64,000 bases of DNA from Deferribacterales bacterium (GCA_050251945.1 JBFWLW010000002.1:192001-256000), one strand, 5' to 3'. Positions 1-10,298 are shown, counted from the stretch's first letter. Program-made: numbers and translations. The notes: a model not told the origin generated them from the sequence alone.

Positions 1-2028
1 TACTAGATTACCGAGTTTGTCGGTAACCTGAATAGTGATATCTGTTGCGCCGACGTTCACGGTAACGTTCCAGTTGTCGTCCTTTTTAGAGCTGTAGTAA
101 CCGGAAAGCATTATATCGGAAGAGTTTTCTGCATAACCTATACCGGAGTTGTTCTCGTCGATGGCAAATGTCATTTTGCTTGTGCCGCTTCTGAGATCCT
201 TAACCTGAAGTTTGCCGTCAACAAGGGTTGCGTCCACCGCATTTCCGTAAAGGTTTTCAACGTATGAAAGCATATCGCTTATACGTTTCTCATCGTCAAT
301 GGGGTAGTCGCCGCCTCTGGGCGTATCAAACTGATAATCGGTTCCGACCTTTGTGGCAAGATATGTTTCGTCAGTATATTCACAGTTCATCAGTTCAAAT
401 TCTATGTCGTACTGTCCGGGAGTTGCCGCATCAGTAACGTTCGCGTATACGTCAAAGCCCATTCCCTTATCCATCAGCGCCTGATTGAGCGCAGACTGGA
501 TATCAGCCGCCGAGCCGGATGCTGGGGTGAAACCGATGGTCGTACCGTTCACGGATACTTCCGTATATGCGCCGCCTGTTATGGCGACATCGTTGTGTGT
601 TGTTGTCACCGGACCGACGTAGTTGTCGTATGACAGTTCAAACGTTGTATCCATTCCGTTCGCCGTAACAGGGAGATTGGTGAATCCCAACCTGTTGTTT
701 TCCGAACCGGTGGCAGATATCTGCACACCTTCGCCTGTTCTGTTGGATATGAACATAAGCCTGTCGCCATCGCTTACGGCGGATATTTCCCCGCCAAGAC
801 CCTGATTTTCAAGGCTTCTGTTGATGTCGAAAATAACTTCATCCATATCTGAATAACCTTTCTGGGAAAGGGTTATGTCATAGTCTCTGTTGCCGTATGT
901 GACGGTTACGGTTCTTTCCTCTTCGGAAGCTTCAGACATATCGAGGTTAACGTTCCCGGGAGAGGAAACCCTCGCCGTGCCTATAGCATAGCCGTTGTGG
1001 TCGGTTCCTGAAAATTTTACAGAATCCGCAGTGCTGACGTTAGCGCCGTCTATCTGCGAAAATTTTGTGGTATTTGTAATGCCCAGCCCGTTAACGGTGT
1101 TTCTGGTGGTACCTTTTGTAGTTCTGTAGGTCTCCATAAAGGTATCCTGACCGCTCACGTTTATAACCACTTCCTGATTGGAAGCTATTTTTGATGTTAT
1201 CTGCCCGTCGTCACCCACATATGTGATATCGTCGCCGGGGGTATAGTAAAACTGCATCTTAATACTCTGACCGTTGGGTATATCGTCAGGAAGTTTTATA
1301 CCGACGCCGACGCCTGTGTTGATAACGCCTTCTCCGTTATACGCCGCAACAAGAGTGTCGGTGGTCAGGTTGCCTGTGGTTGTGGTCTCGTCAGACCCGT
1401 TGCTGTCAAGCAAAACGGATTTGCCGAGAGAATCAGTCATGGTGACATAAGAAACGCCGTCCATTACGCTTATGTTGACGGTGTACGCGCCCTCCGACAG
1501 TTCAGGCATATCGCCGTAAAGCTTTTTGGAAATCGCTTCGGTGCCGGAATATGAGGACACCACCGCTGAAACCTCTCTGTCACCGCTGACAAACGGTTCG
1601 GTCTGAGTTTCGTATCCGCCGAAAACATATCTGCCGAGATATTGCGAATTGCCTATATCCTTCATAGCATTGAGTATCGACAAAACCTCACCTGCAAGAG
1701 CCTTCCGGCTCTCTGCGTTCTGGCTGTCGTTTCGTCCGGCAACTGCAAGTTCGTTGCGCGCTTTTGAAAGATAATCATAGGCTGTCTGAAGAAGGTTGTC
1801 CTCGTTGTCCAGCCATGTCACAGCGTTGTCTGCATTTCTGCCGTACTGTGTCGCTTCGTTGGACATTATCTGCATATTATACGCGGTGACATAATATGTA
1901 GGATCGTCTTCGGGGTTGAGCATGTTTCTTCCTGCTGCAACTCTTTCATTGGCATCCAGAAGATTTGAAAGGCTTCTGGCATTACCGGAAGTGTAGTTCA
2001 TATGTATCATATTTGTAGTAATTCTCAT
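1..2028 (-). CDS. flgL: Flagellar hook-associated protein 3 (FlgL), very long, 3' end runs off the window
   Basis: ATG at 2028 (MRITTNMIHMNY...NPEDDP...GRYVFGGYET) is a flagellin-type N-terminal domain; lies directly after flgK. Frame is in register at base 1 (...TIQVTDKLGNLV); I translated both ends, not every codon. Absent from the ORF track, consistent with no stop in the window. Confidence 0.88.
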   Translation of the reverse strand, partial: MRITTNMIHMNYTSGNARSLSNLLDANERVAAGRNMLNPEDDPTYYVTAYNMQIMSNEATQYGRNADNAVTWLDNEDNLLQTAYDYLSKARNELAVAGRNDSQNAESRKALAGEVLSILNAMKDIGNSQYLGRYVFGGYETQTEPFVSGDREVSAVVSSYSGTEAISKKLYGDMPELSEGAYTVNISVMDGVSYVTMTDSLGKSVLLDSNGSDETTTTGNLTTDTLVAAYNGEGVINTGVGVGIKLPDDIPNGQSIKMQFYYTPGDDITYVGDDGQITSKIASNQEVVINVSGQDTFMETYRTTKGTTRNTVNGLGITNTTKFSQIDGANVSTADSVKFSGTDHNGYAIGTARVSSPGNVNLDMSEASEEERTVTVTYGNRDYDITLSQKGYSDMDEVIFDINRSLENQGLGGEISAVSDGDRLMFISNRTGEGVQISATGSENNRLGFTNLPVTANGMDTTFELSYDNYVGPVTTTHNDVAITGGAYTEVSVNGTTIGFTPASGSAADIQSALNQALMDKGMGFDVYANVTDAATPGQYDIEFELMNCEYTDETYLATKVGTDYQFDTPRGGDYPIDDEKRISDMLSYVENLYGNAVDATLVDGKLQVKDLRSGTSKMTFAIDENNSGIGYAENSSDIMLSGYYSSKKDDNWNVTVNVGATDITIQVTDKLGNLV

Positions 2029-2040
2029 GTCAGCCCCCTG

Positions 2041-3792
2041 TTATCTGCCGCCGGTACCGAGACCGTTCACTATTTTGTCGATCATCTCATCGACAACGTT
2101 GATGAATCTTGCGCTTGCCTCATAGGCTCTCTGAAAGCGTATGATATCCGCCATCTCCTCGTCGAGCGAAACACCCTTGATACTCTCAAGTTTAAGGGAA
2201 TATTCGTCTACAAGATTCTCTTTTGTGGCCGCATAGGTGTCTGCGGTGGACTTGTCTGTTGCGATGGTTCCTATGAACAGAGAGTAAAACTCGTCCAGAG
2301 TTACATTATGTTCGAGCAGGTCGGTGTTCTTAAGGTCAGCAATTGCCGCCGCGTTTGTGTTGTCGCCGACAGCGCCCGACTGTGATGTTGCAAGGTAGCC
2401 GATGTTCTCTTTGATCAGCGAGGAAACGTCTATGTTCGTCGCATCCTGACCGGAGAAGAAACCGTAGGTTCCGGAAGCAACCAGAAAACCGGAAGTATCC
2501 TCTGCAAAAGAGAACGTATATCCGGATTCGGAAGTTATTTTGAGTGTGTTGCTCTGTGAAAGGGAAGCCTGTATCAGACCGCCGTTGGGATTGCCGTCGG
2601 CGTAAGATATCTTGGATATTACAGAGTTAAGAGAATCCGTTGCCGGATCTATCTCTATGTCGAGATTCTGTACCAGATTTCCCTCGCTGTCGTAAACCGC
2701 GATACGGAGAACGCCTTCATTAACAGCGGAAGGGAATGCACCGGCAGCCTCTCCAAGAGGATAAGAAGGGTTTTTTACGCCGCTGGAGGATGTTATCTGG
2801 GTGAGTCTGTCTGAACCCTGACCGAGAGCGTGCAGTTTATTTGTAGATGTTATCAGCGAGGATGCGAGATCATCAAGCTGATCCATATAATTCTGTGTCA
2901 GGTTGTCGCGCACCTCAAGCTCTCCGCCTATTTTTCCTGAATTGAACGCGGATGTGATATTCACACCCTGCTCACTGGAGGTATTTGAACCCCAATAAAT
3001 ACTTACGTCGGTGTCGCTGCCGGATGTCTGGGCTGCTGTAAGGCTGAAATAGTTACCCTCGTCAACCAGCGCGTTTCCGCCGACATAAACGGCAACCTGT
3101 CCGGAAGAGCGTTCAACAACAGATATATTGGTCATGTCTGAAAGGTCATTCAGCAGAAGCTCTCTCTGGTCGCGAAGGTCGTTCGCCATTGAGCCTGTCG
3201 CCTCAATTAATGCTATCTGTCCGTTCAGATAGGAGATGTTCTGGGAAATGGAATTTATTTCAGAAACATAGTCTTTGATATTTTTGTTCGATTGTTCCTG
3301 CATACCTTCAAGTGCCGAATAACTTGCGCGTATCTTTTCAGCCAGAACAGATGCTTTTTCAACAACAGTCTGCTTTTTGATAAGCGCTTCGTCTGATTCG
3401 TCGGTTGCGGTGTTTGCAAGGTCGCTCCATGCATCGAAATATTCCGACATCGCCTCGCCGAGACCCGAACCGTCCTCAAGCTCATTGAAATATATTTCAA
3501 TATTGGTAAGGGTATCCTGAAGCGTCGTGTAATAAGCCAGATCGGACGTTTCGTTCCTTATAGTGGAAGCAAGAACAGAATCGTATACCTGCACAACGTT
3601 CTCAACTGTTACGCCGCGCCCGAAAACGCCATAGCTTGTGAGCTGTGAGTTTGCTGTCACAAGGCTCACTCTCTGTCTTGAATATCCTTCAGTGTCTACG
3701 TTTGCGATGTTATTACCGGCAGCGTCAATCTGCGCCTGTGACGCAAAAAGCCCCGATACACCCGTGGATAATATTCCAAATATGTTTCCCAT
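2041..3792 (-). CDS. flgK: Flagellar hook-associated protein 1
   Basis: N-terminal SGLFASQ...GNNIANVDTEGYSRQRV and C-terminal GVSLDEEM...FQRAYEASAR motifs. Confidence 0.97.
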   Translation of the reverse strand: MGNIFGILSTGVSGLFASQAQIDAAGNNIANVDTEGYSRQRVSLVTANSQLTSYGVFGRGVTVENVVQVYDSVLASTIRNETSDLAYYTTLQDTLTNIEIYFNELEDGSGLGEAMSEYFDAWSDLANTATDESDEALIKKQTVVEKASVLAEKIRASYSALEGMQEQSNKNIKDYVSEINSISQNISYLNGQIALIEATGSMANDLRDQRELLLNDLSDMTNISVVERSSGQVAVYVGGNALVDEGNYFSLTAAQTSGSDTDVSIYWGSNTSSEQGVNITSAFNSGKIGGELEVRDNLTQNYMDQLDDLASSLITSTNKLHALGQGSDRLTQITSSSGVKNPSYPLGEAAGAFPSAVNEGVLRIAVYDSEGNLVQNLDIEIDPATDSLNSVISKISYADGNPNGGLIQASLSQSNTLKITSESGYTFSFAEDTSGFLVASGTYGFFSGQDATNIDVSSLIKENIGYLATSQSGAVGDNTNAAAIADLKNTDLLEHNVTLDEFYSLFIGTIATDKSTADTYAATKENLVDEYSLKLESIKGVSLDEEMADIIRFQRAYEASARFINVVDEMIDKIVNGLGTGGR

Positions 3793-3822
3793 GTCCCTCT
3801 CCCGCCTTATTTCGGGCGAACT

Positions 3823-4302
3823 TTAGCCTGTCTGACAGATAGTTGACGTTTTAACAGACTTATACTGCTTTGAAATGCCGTATGTGTTTCTGCCTGCAAT
3901 GCCGAGCTTCTGGAAAAGCCCGTCGATGAGCGTCATATTTGTCTTAAAGAGAATTTTGAGTGAAGTGTTCGCGTCGTTCACTTTTTTCGTAAGGGTGACA
4001 AGCTCGTTGCGGACTGCCATCAGCTCCGAGGAGTATTCCCCCGCGAGTTCACGCGCGATGATCTCGACACGAAGCCCTTCGCGTTCGTGCTGTTTTTCGA
4101 TCTTTTTGATACAGTTGACAAAAGCCTCATTGATAACCTTTTCTTTATAAGCAAGGGTATCCTTGGTCTTCGCCAGCTCGTTTGTACGGGCGGCGTTCCA
4201 TTTCATTGCGGCTTCTCTTTCCTGTTGAAGAATGGACAGCATCTCAGTGTAAACTTTTTTCTGAGAGTCCATTATCTCAAGCAATGCTTTGATGTTTTCC
4301 AT
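3823..4302 (-). CDS. flgN: Flagellar export chaperone FlgN family
   Basis: Helical protein between flgM and flgK; start moved to MENIK (GGAGG upstream). Confidence 0.8.
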   Translation of the reverse strand: MENIKALLEIMDSQKKVYTEMLSILQQEREAAMKWNAARTNELAKTKDTLAYKEKVINEAFVNCIKKIEKQHEREGLRVEIIARELAGEYSSELMAVRNELVTLTKKVNDANTSLKILFKTNMTLIDGLFQKLGIAGRNTYGISKQYKSVKTSTICQTG

Positions 4303-4369
4303 CTCATACCTCCGAATGATTCGGCAGTTATGAGACACAGGTCTGGACGGGGATTTTGACTAAAGTTTT

Positions 4370-4669
4370 TTAGTAGAGGTCTTCCACAGACGTCTGAACT
4401 ATTTTTTCCGCAACCTGGCGTCCGGAAACATCGTATGTTCCGTTTTCGATCCTGCTTTTAAGATCCGCCACCAGATCTGTTCTGACATCAGGGGATGATG
4501 CAAGGGTATTTTTCATTCCTGCCAGCACCTTAGCGCTGTCAGAAAGGGAAACCGAATCAGAGCCGGATGTCGATGAGGCAGACTCCGCAGATGAAGCAGA
4601 GGTCTTCTTCTTTGAAGCCGCTTCGTTCGCCTTGTTCAGGTCGAATCTCATTTTGTCGTCTATTCTCAT
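4370..4669 (-). CDS. flgM: Anti-sigma28 factor
   Basis: DSVSLS...PDVRTDLVADLKSRIENGTYDV motif. Confidence 0.93.
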   Translation of the reverse strand: MRIDDKMRFDLNKANEAASKKKTSASSAESASSTSGSDSVSLSDSAKVLAGMKNTLASSPDVRTDLVADLKSRIENGTYDVSGRQVAEKIVQTSVEDLY

Positions 4670-4692
4670 TTTGAGCCTCCGGTACTAGTCTC

Positions 4693-4719
4693 TAATCGGA
4701 CTACCCTATAAAAACTTTA
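4693..4719 (-). promoter_or_regulatory. Sigma28 (FliA) promoter upstream of flgM
   Basis: Minus strand TAAAGTTT-N11-TCCGATTA (TAAA-N15-GCCGATAA consensus), 23 bp before the flgM ATG. Confidence 0.75.
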
Positions 4720-4786
4720 GCAGTTTTGCTCCGGTTATTCCAGTAAAAAAAACTGTTACCCGTTTCCTGCTCTCATATCGCGTCAG

Positions 4787-5179
4787 TTATCTGACTGACA
4801 TTTCAGAAGCAACATCCGTGCCACTTAATTGCTGCCTTAACTTGACTATATCGTCCCCTGCAGAGGCTGTTTTTTCCTGTGCGGGGAAATTATTTCCTTT
4901 ATCGTCTTCTGCGTATTTTCCCAGTGAATCATATAGCATTTTCGCAAGTCCCATTCCGCCGCCTTTAACGGATTCCTGAGCAACCTCGGAATCGAGCATA
5001 GAGGTGAATATCTCCTCTCCGCGGCTTTTGGGAATAAGTCCGCCTTCAATATCGGATTTACGCATGCTCTCGAACATCTTTGAAACGAAAAGCGCCTCGA
5101 AATCCTCACAGGCTTTTTTCAGTTTTTCGCTTTTATCCTTCGCATAGCTTACGGAGCTGTCTACAAGGTCTATGTTCAT
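4787..5179 (-). CDS. flgJ: FlgJ-type rod-binding protein (no muramidase domain)
   Basis: LKKACEDFEALF...IFTSMLD...GGMGLAKML motif; 130 aa; follows flgI. Confidence 0.85.
   Translation of the reverse strand: MNIDLVDSSVSYAKDKSEKLKKACEDFEALFVSKMFESMRKSDIEGGLIPKSRGEEIFTSMLDSEVAQESVKGGGMGLAKMLYDSLGKYAEDDKGNNFPAQEKTASAGDDIVKLRQQLSGTDVASEMSVR
4808..4823 (-). promoter_or_regulatory. Sigma54 -24/-12 promoter inside the flgJ 3' end, oriented toward flgM
   Basis: Minus strand TGGCACGGATGTTGCT, a full match to TGGCACG-N4-TTGC. Confidence 0.75.
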
Positions 5180-6297
5180 TACATCACCTGCAATTCGCCG
5201 TGGAGTGCGCCGGCAGATTTTATCGCCTGAAGAATGGATATCAGATCACGGGGGGTCACGCCTATAGAGTTAAGCGCTTTCACAAGGTCGCTTATCGCCA
5301 CGCCCTCGGGAACGACCATGAGCTTGGCGTTCTCCTCGGTAACGGTTATCTGCTGCTGCTGTTGCTGCCCCTGCTGATTATTATTGTTGTTCTGTCCGCC
5401 CTGATTGCCCACAAAGTTCTGGTTCTGGTTTACCTCTACCGTAGAATTGATGTTTATGGTCAGATTCCCGTGGGAAACCGCAACCGTGTTTATACGAACG
5501 TCTGCACCCATGACTATGGTTCCGGTGCGCTCATCCACAACAACTTTCGCAAGGTTTGTGGGCTCAATTTCAGCCGAGAGGACGTTATCCATAAAAACAT
5601 AGAAATTATCCATCTGTGCGCGTGGAACTATGACCTCAAGGGTGGAAGGTGAGGTTATCTTCGCAACGTTTGAACCGATGCGGTCGTTTATGGCGTTCTT
5701 GGCCTTGACCATGTCGGATACGCTCCCGTTTTTGAAGTTAAGAACTATATTGGATTCGTCCATATTGTAAGGTACTTCGCGCTCAACTATTGCGCCGTTG
5801 GGTATCATGCCCACCGTAGGGTGATTCTTTATGGTTCCTGCCCCCGCTGCGGCAACGTTCATACCGCCAACCGATACCGGACCCTGTGCAACCGCATACA
5901 CCTGACCGTTTGCCGCGGAAAGGGGTGTCATAAGCAGTGTGCCGCCCTCAAGGCTTTTCGCATCGCCAACTGATGAGACTATTACGTCCATCTTGCTGCC
6001 GCTGTTTGAAAAGGGCATGAGCTTGGCAGTTACCATAACAGCCGCAACGTTCTTAACCTTTACGGCGTTCTTATCCACTGTTATACCCATCCTCTCCATC
6101 ATGTTCACCAGCGACTGAACGGTGAATTCGGTACCGCTTTTGTCGCCGGTTCCGTTGAGACCGACAACGAGACCGTAACCGATAAGCTGGTTGTCCCTGA
6201 TCCCCTCAACGTTTGAAATATCTCTTATCTTTACCAGAGCGAAAGCACTCTGCGCGAATACTGCTATCAGAAGTGTTAAAAGTACTGTCCTCACCAT
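5179..6297 (-). CDS. flgI: Flagellar P-ring protein
   Basis: GIRDNQLIGYGLVVGLNGTGD, KVVVDERTGTIV and LQAIKSAGAL motifs; signal peptide from MVRTV (6297). Confidence 0.97.
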   Translation of the reverse strand: MVRTVLLTLLIAVFAQSAFALVKIRDISNVEGIRDNQLIGYGLVVGLNGTGDKSGTEFTVQSLVNMMERMGITVDKNAVKVKNVAAVMVTAKLMPFSNSGSKMDVIVSSVGDAKSLEGGTLLMTPLSAANGQVYAVAQGPVSVGGMNVAAAGAGTIKNHPTVGMIPNGAIVEREVPYNMDESNIVLNFKNGSVSDMVKAKNAINDRIGSNVAKITSPSTLEVIVPRAQMDNFYVFMDNVLSAEIEPTNLAKVVVDERTGTIVMGADVRINTVAVSHGNLTININSTVEVNQNQNFVGNQGGQNNNNNQQGQQQQQQITVTEENAKLMVVPEGVAISDLVKALNSIGVTPRDLISILQAIKSAGALHGELQVM

Positions 6298-6305
6298 GTC
6301 CCCCC

Positions 6306-7025
6306 TTAGAAAGGCATTATCCAGTTGATAAGCGTCATAAGCCATCCGGGTTTGTTCGCATCCGAAAGCATACCGGAACCGCTGTAGGCAATTTTGGCAT
6401 CTGCAATAGCTGTGGAAGCCACAGTATTGTCAGCCGCTATGTCCTTCTGGCGGACGATACCGCTCAGAGTGATTGTCTGTTTTTCATTGTCCACGATTAT
6501 CTCTCTGTGCCCCTCAATAACGAGGTTGCCTGAGGGAAGAACCTCAATCACCCTCGCCCCTATGGTACCTGTCACCCTGTCTGTTTTAGACTTTGACCCG
6601 TTTCCTGTGAAGCTGTTGGATGAGTTAAGGCTGTTGTCCAGATTAAGCGCGTTTCCGGTACCCAGCAGGTTTGAAACGCCAAGGTTTGTGGGAAGCCCCA
6701 TCAGGTTTGTGAGTGTGGATGAAGTAGCCTGAGTTTTCGCCGTTGCTGTGGAGTTGGAGTTTGTGGCGGAAGAACTTTCGATTATGTTGACAGTGATGAT
6801 GTCGCCGATGTGTCTGCCCTTATAGTCGAGAAACAGGCTGCTTTGCGAAGCGGTGTCAGTCCAGAGCGAAGCTGTGGGCTTCTTGGATGCCTGCATCTTT
6901 CTGTAATCGTCAAGCTCTTTTTGATAGCTGTTTGTAAGAGCGTCGTTCTCAAAGGTGGGCTTCTTTGCGCATCCGGTTGTGATAACCGCTGTCAGAACCA
7001 GCATCAAAAGAATATTTTTCATCAT
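6306..7025 (-). CDS. flgH: Flagellar L-ring lipoprotein
   Basis: Lipobox TTGC; GDIITV, VIEVLPSGNLVIEG, SGIVRQKDI and IADAKIAY motifs. Confidence 0.96.
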   Translation of the reverse strand: MMKNILLMLVLTAVITTGCAKKPTFENDALTNSYQKELDDYRKMQASKKPTASLWTDTASQSSLFLDYKGRHIGDIITVNIIESSSATNSNSTATAKTQATSSTLTNLMGLPTNLGVSNLLGTGNALNLDNSLNSSNSFTGNGSKSKTDRVTGTIGARVIEVLPSGNLVIEGHREIIVDNEKQTITLSGIVRQKDIAADNTVASTAIADAKIAYSGSGMLSDANKPGWLMTLINWIMPF

Positions 7026-7060
7026 GTCATACTCCGCAGCTTATATTCAACAGAGTAATA

Positions 7061-7075
7061 ACAAAATCCGTGCCA
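7061..7075 (-). promoter_or_regulatory. Sigma54-type promoter upstream of flgH
   Basis: Minus strand TGGCACGGATTTTGT (GG-N10-GT, one mismatch at -12), in the flgA-flgH gap. Confidence 0.6.
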
Positions 7076-7113
7076 GATTATGAACAGATTATGGAGATTA
7101 AGACAGCATGGTG

Positions 7114-7962
7114 TTATCTTGAATTAACAATGACTTTGCGTCCTTCGGAGTAGGTTCCGCGGATAATTTTGCCGCTGGCGATGTTTTCCGCACGGACGAT
7201 TTTTCCCTCGTAGGCATCCTCAGTCAGTCTGCCCTGCGCGGCTATCTCAAGATTGCCCGATCTGTAGATTATCGTTACGTTTGAATCTTTAAGTGCATCG
7301 GGCTGTTTCTCGACAACGCTGTCGGTGATGGGTCTGCCCGCCGGAATGTTTATGCTTGCCATAAAGCCGTCAAGCTTCATGACAGGTTCACCGTGAACCT
7401 TTGACAGATCCATGCGGTAAATGGCGGCTCTTGATGCCACGAGTTCACCCCTCTTTATCATGGAGGAGGCGACGTACACATCTTTATAAGCTTTCAGCAG
7501 GACGCTGTAGCTGTATTTCCTTGTTCCGTTGTCAACACCGACGGAAACGTTTCCGAACCTGTTGACCGGAATATCTATCTTATACTGCATGCTTTCGGCT
7601 GTGTAGAAGGGTCTTGTCATGCGTACCTGCTCAACCTCGACACTCATGTCGGGATACATCACGGCAAGCTGGTTTTTGATATCTTCTTTAAAGCGATCCT
7701 CGGTTATCTCCGTGCCGCGGCGCTTGAAGGTCGCCTCGCCCGGCTGGGCGCCTGTTATCTTGTACTTATTTATGATATAGGCGGCCATCTGTCTGTTGAT
7801 GACCTTTTCCTGTCCGTAGTCCAGTCCGCAATACACTTCGTCGTTTATCGGAAAACCGGGAAAGATGTCCCTGAGGGTGACGCATTCCGAATCTATCAGA
7901 ATTACGCTTGCCTCGGCTCTGGCAAAAACCATCATAAAAATAAGCAGTATTACAAATCTCAT
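7114..7962 (-). CDS. flgA: P-ring formation chaperone
   Basis: Signal peptide; C-terminal SAF-like region (GRLTEDAYEGKIVRAENIASGKII); between flgG and flgH. Confidence 0.85.
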   Translation of the reverse strand: MRFVILLIFMMVFARAEASVILIDSECVTLRDIFPGFPINDEVYCGLDYGQEKVINRQMAAYIINKYKITGAQPGEATFKRRGTEITEDRFKEDIKNQLAVMYPDMSVEVEQVRMTRPFYTAESMQYKIDIPVNRFGNVSVGVDNGTRKYSYSVLLKAYKDVYVASSMIKRGELVASRAAIYRMDLSKVHGEPVMKLDGFMASINIPAGRPITDSVVEKQPDALKDSNVTIIYRSGNLEIAAQGRLTEDAYEGKIVRAENIASGKIIRGTYSEGRKVIVNSR

Positions 7963-7974
7963 GCCTATACTATA

Positions 7975-8763
7975 TTATCTTTTTAGGCTGTTGACAACCT
8001 GAAGCATATCGTCCGCAGTCTGAATAGCCTTGGAATTTATCTCGTATGCCCTCTGGGCAGTGATCATATTTACCATATCCTCAACAACGCTCACGTTTGA
8101 CATCTCAAGGACACCCTGCGCTATGGTACCGAAGTTCTCTTCACCGGGTACTCCTGCAACAGGTTCACCGCTGGCGCCTGATGGGACATAGAAATTTTTT
8201 CCTATAGCCTTCAAACCCGCAGGGTTGATAAAACGCACAAGCTCAATCTGTCCGACTTCCTGTGCTTCATCCTGATCAGGCGTCACAACGCTTATGGTTC
8301 CGTCTTCTCCGAAAGAGATGGACGTTGTGTTGTCGGGAATCGTTACGGCAGGGTCGAGAAGATAACCGTTCTCATTGGTCAGGTTTCCGTTAACGTCTAT
8401 TTTCAGAGAACCCGCCCTCGTGTAACCTATGTCGCCGTTGGGAAGCTGGAACTGGAAATATCCATCACCTTCAATAGCAATATCAAGATCAACGTCGGTG
8501 TTCTGGAAACTGCCCTGCGAGTGTACCTTTTCAACGGCGGAAACCTTTGTACCAAGACCCACCTGAATACCTGTTGGGTGTGTCAGACCTGCGGCGGATA
8601 TAGCGCCTGCCGGTTTGATCTCCTGATATATAAGATCCTGAAAGAACGTTCTGGATTTTTTAAATCCGATGTTGTTAACGTTCGCAAGGTTGTTCGATAT
8701 GGTATCAATATTCGTCTGTTGTGCCGTCATGCCGGAGGCGGCTGTCCAAAGTGCCCTGAACAT
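7975..8763 (-). CDS. flgG: Flagellar distal rod protein
   Basis: [12 protein letters not shown]...[35 protein letters not shown]. Confidence 0.97.
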   Translation of the reverse strand: MFRALWTAASGMTAQQTNIDTISNNLANVNNIGFKKSRTFFQDLIYQEIKPAGAISAAGLTHPTGIQVGLGTKVSAVEKVHSQGSFQNTDVDLDIAIEGDGYFQFQLPNGDIGYTRAGSLKIDVNGNLTNENGYLLDPAVTIPDNTTSISFGEDGTISVVTPDQDEAQEVGQIELVRFINPAGLKAIGKNFYVPSGASGEPVAGVPGEENFGTIAQGVLEMSNVSVVEDMVNMITAQRAYEINSKAIQTADDMLQVVNSLKR

Positions 8764-8774
8764 TTATCTGCTCC

Positions 8775-9542
8775 TTAGCTCATCGAGCCGACAGAGTTAA
8801 CTGCTTTGTTGTTTAATTCGTCGATGGTCGTAACCACCTTCTGATAGGTTTCAAATGTTCTGTTAGCTTCTATCATGCGCACCATCTCGGAGATGGGGTT
8901 CACGTTGCTGCCCTCCAGAAATCCCTGCTCTATACCCGGGTTTTCAGATTCCTCAGGTAGCATGTCCACAGCGGCGAAAAGGTTTGTTCCCACTTTTTCA
9001 AGCTTGTCCATGTCTTCAAACTCCGCCGTAGCTATACGCACCGTCGGCACTCCGTTAACAAGAACGTCCCCGTTCTCTGCCACCACAAGTGTCTGGGCAT
9101 TCTGCGGAATCGGGATGTTCTGGGGAACCGTCAGGTTTGAAAGTACCTTGAATCCGTCCTGCGTAGTAAGCTCTCCCTCTGAATCCACCGTAAAATCCCC
9201 GTTTCTGGTGAAGCGGATTCCGAAAGGCGTATCAACTGCGAAATATGAGTTGGGATTTGTAAGCGCAAAATCCAGCCCGCGCCCCGTCTCCTGCATATTA
9301 CCCATTGAATAGTCAGTCTTTATATCGTCAAGCCTCGCGGTCGCGTTTATCGTCTTGTTGTAAACACTGTCCCTGATTATGTTGTCGGGATATTGCCCCG
9401 CATTTGCAAGATACTGTGAAAAAACCGCAGTATCAGCTTTGTAACCTTTGGTGTTGGCGTTGGCAAGGTTGTTGGATATAACATCCATCCGCCTCTGCTG
9501 CACCATCAGCCCTCCGGTCGCAGTGTACATTCCGTTCAGCAT
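8775..9542 (-). CDS. flgF: Flagellar proximal rod protein
   Basis: SNNLANANTKGYK; FTRNGDF; LEGSNVNPISEMV; precedes flgG. Confidence 0.92.
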   Translation of the reverse strand: MLNGMYTATGGLMVQQRRMDVISNNLANANTKGYKADTAVFSQYLANAGQYPDNIIRDSVYNKTINATARLDDIKTDYSMGNMQETGRGLDFALTNPNSYFAVDTPFGIRFTRNGDFTVDSEGELTTQDGFKVLSNLTVPQNIPIPQNAQTLVVAENGDVLVNGVPTVRIATAEFEDMDKLEKVGTNLFAAVDMLPEESENPGIEQGFLEGSNVNPISEMVRMIEANRTFETYQKVVTTIDELNNKAVNSVGSMS

Positions 9543-9545
9543 ATA

Positions 9546-10298
9546 TCAGCCCTCCCCGTTAATTCCGGTCTTTGCCAGAACCTTGTCCGTTGCCGCCTGA
9601 AGCTTTGTTCTGTCACCATGAGCCTCCGGCAGACTGTTCGCCATTATGTATGCAAGCCCTTTCATTGTCAGTGTTCTGACGGGCATCGCCTCTTTTTCCG
9701 GATAATACCAGAAATTCTTGTCCGACTTGCTCTCCATCCGCAGGCTCGCCGCAAAGACGGGAGTGTCGTCTTTATTCATTATGGAAAAATTTACCCTGGA
9801 AAAATTCGTGCCGTATTTTCTGTCAAAGGATTCCTTCGCATTGAATACGACTATATATTCTGCCTGAGCTATGTTATCCACAGGAATTCCATATTCTCCA
9901 GCCGCCAGGAAGTTGCGTATCTGGGTGTGCAGCTTCTCGTTGAACTCGTATGTACCGTCTGAATGGGTTATTCTGGGCGGGACAACATATATGAACCTGC
10001 CGTGATCCAGTCTGCGGGTCATTATATGCGTATAGTCCTCCGCCTTCTCCTTCGTTTTATCATAAAGGAGCGACGAAACATTCGTATTTGTCTCAAGAAC
10101 CACGGCAAAAAGCAGCAAACCAGAGCTGGGTTTCATAAGCTCCGTCACCGGTTCAATGATAATATTGTCTATCTTTCCGGTGACACTTTTTCCCGCCTTC
10201 GTGACAGGATTTTCCTTGACCAGGTTGACTCCGGCCTCTTTCACAGCGCATCCGCTGAAGAAAACCATTGCAAGCAGCATGGGAAATATTTTCTTCAT
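9546..10298 (-). CDS. Uncharacterised lipoprotein, first gene of the flgF operon
   Basis: 250-aa ORF, lipobox FFSGC, AGGAG RBS, 3-bp gap to flgF. Confidence 0.8.
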   Translation of the reverse strand: MKKIFPMLLAMVFFSGCAVKEAGVNLVKENPVTKAGKSVTGKIDNIIIEPVTELMKPSSGLLLFAVVLETNTNVSSLLYDKTKEKAEDYTHIMTRRLDHGRFIYVVPPRITHSDGTYEFNEKLHTQIRNFLAAGEYGIPVDNIAQAEYIVVFNAKESFDRKYGTNFSRVNFSIMNKDDTPVFAASLRMESKSDKNFWYYPEKEAMPVRTLTMKGLAYIMANSLPEAHGDRTKLQAATDKVLAKTGINGEG

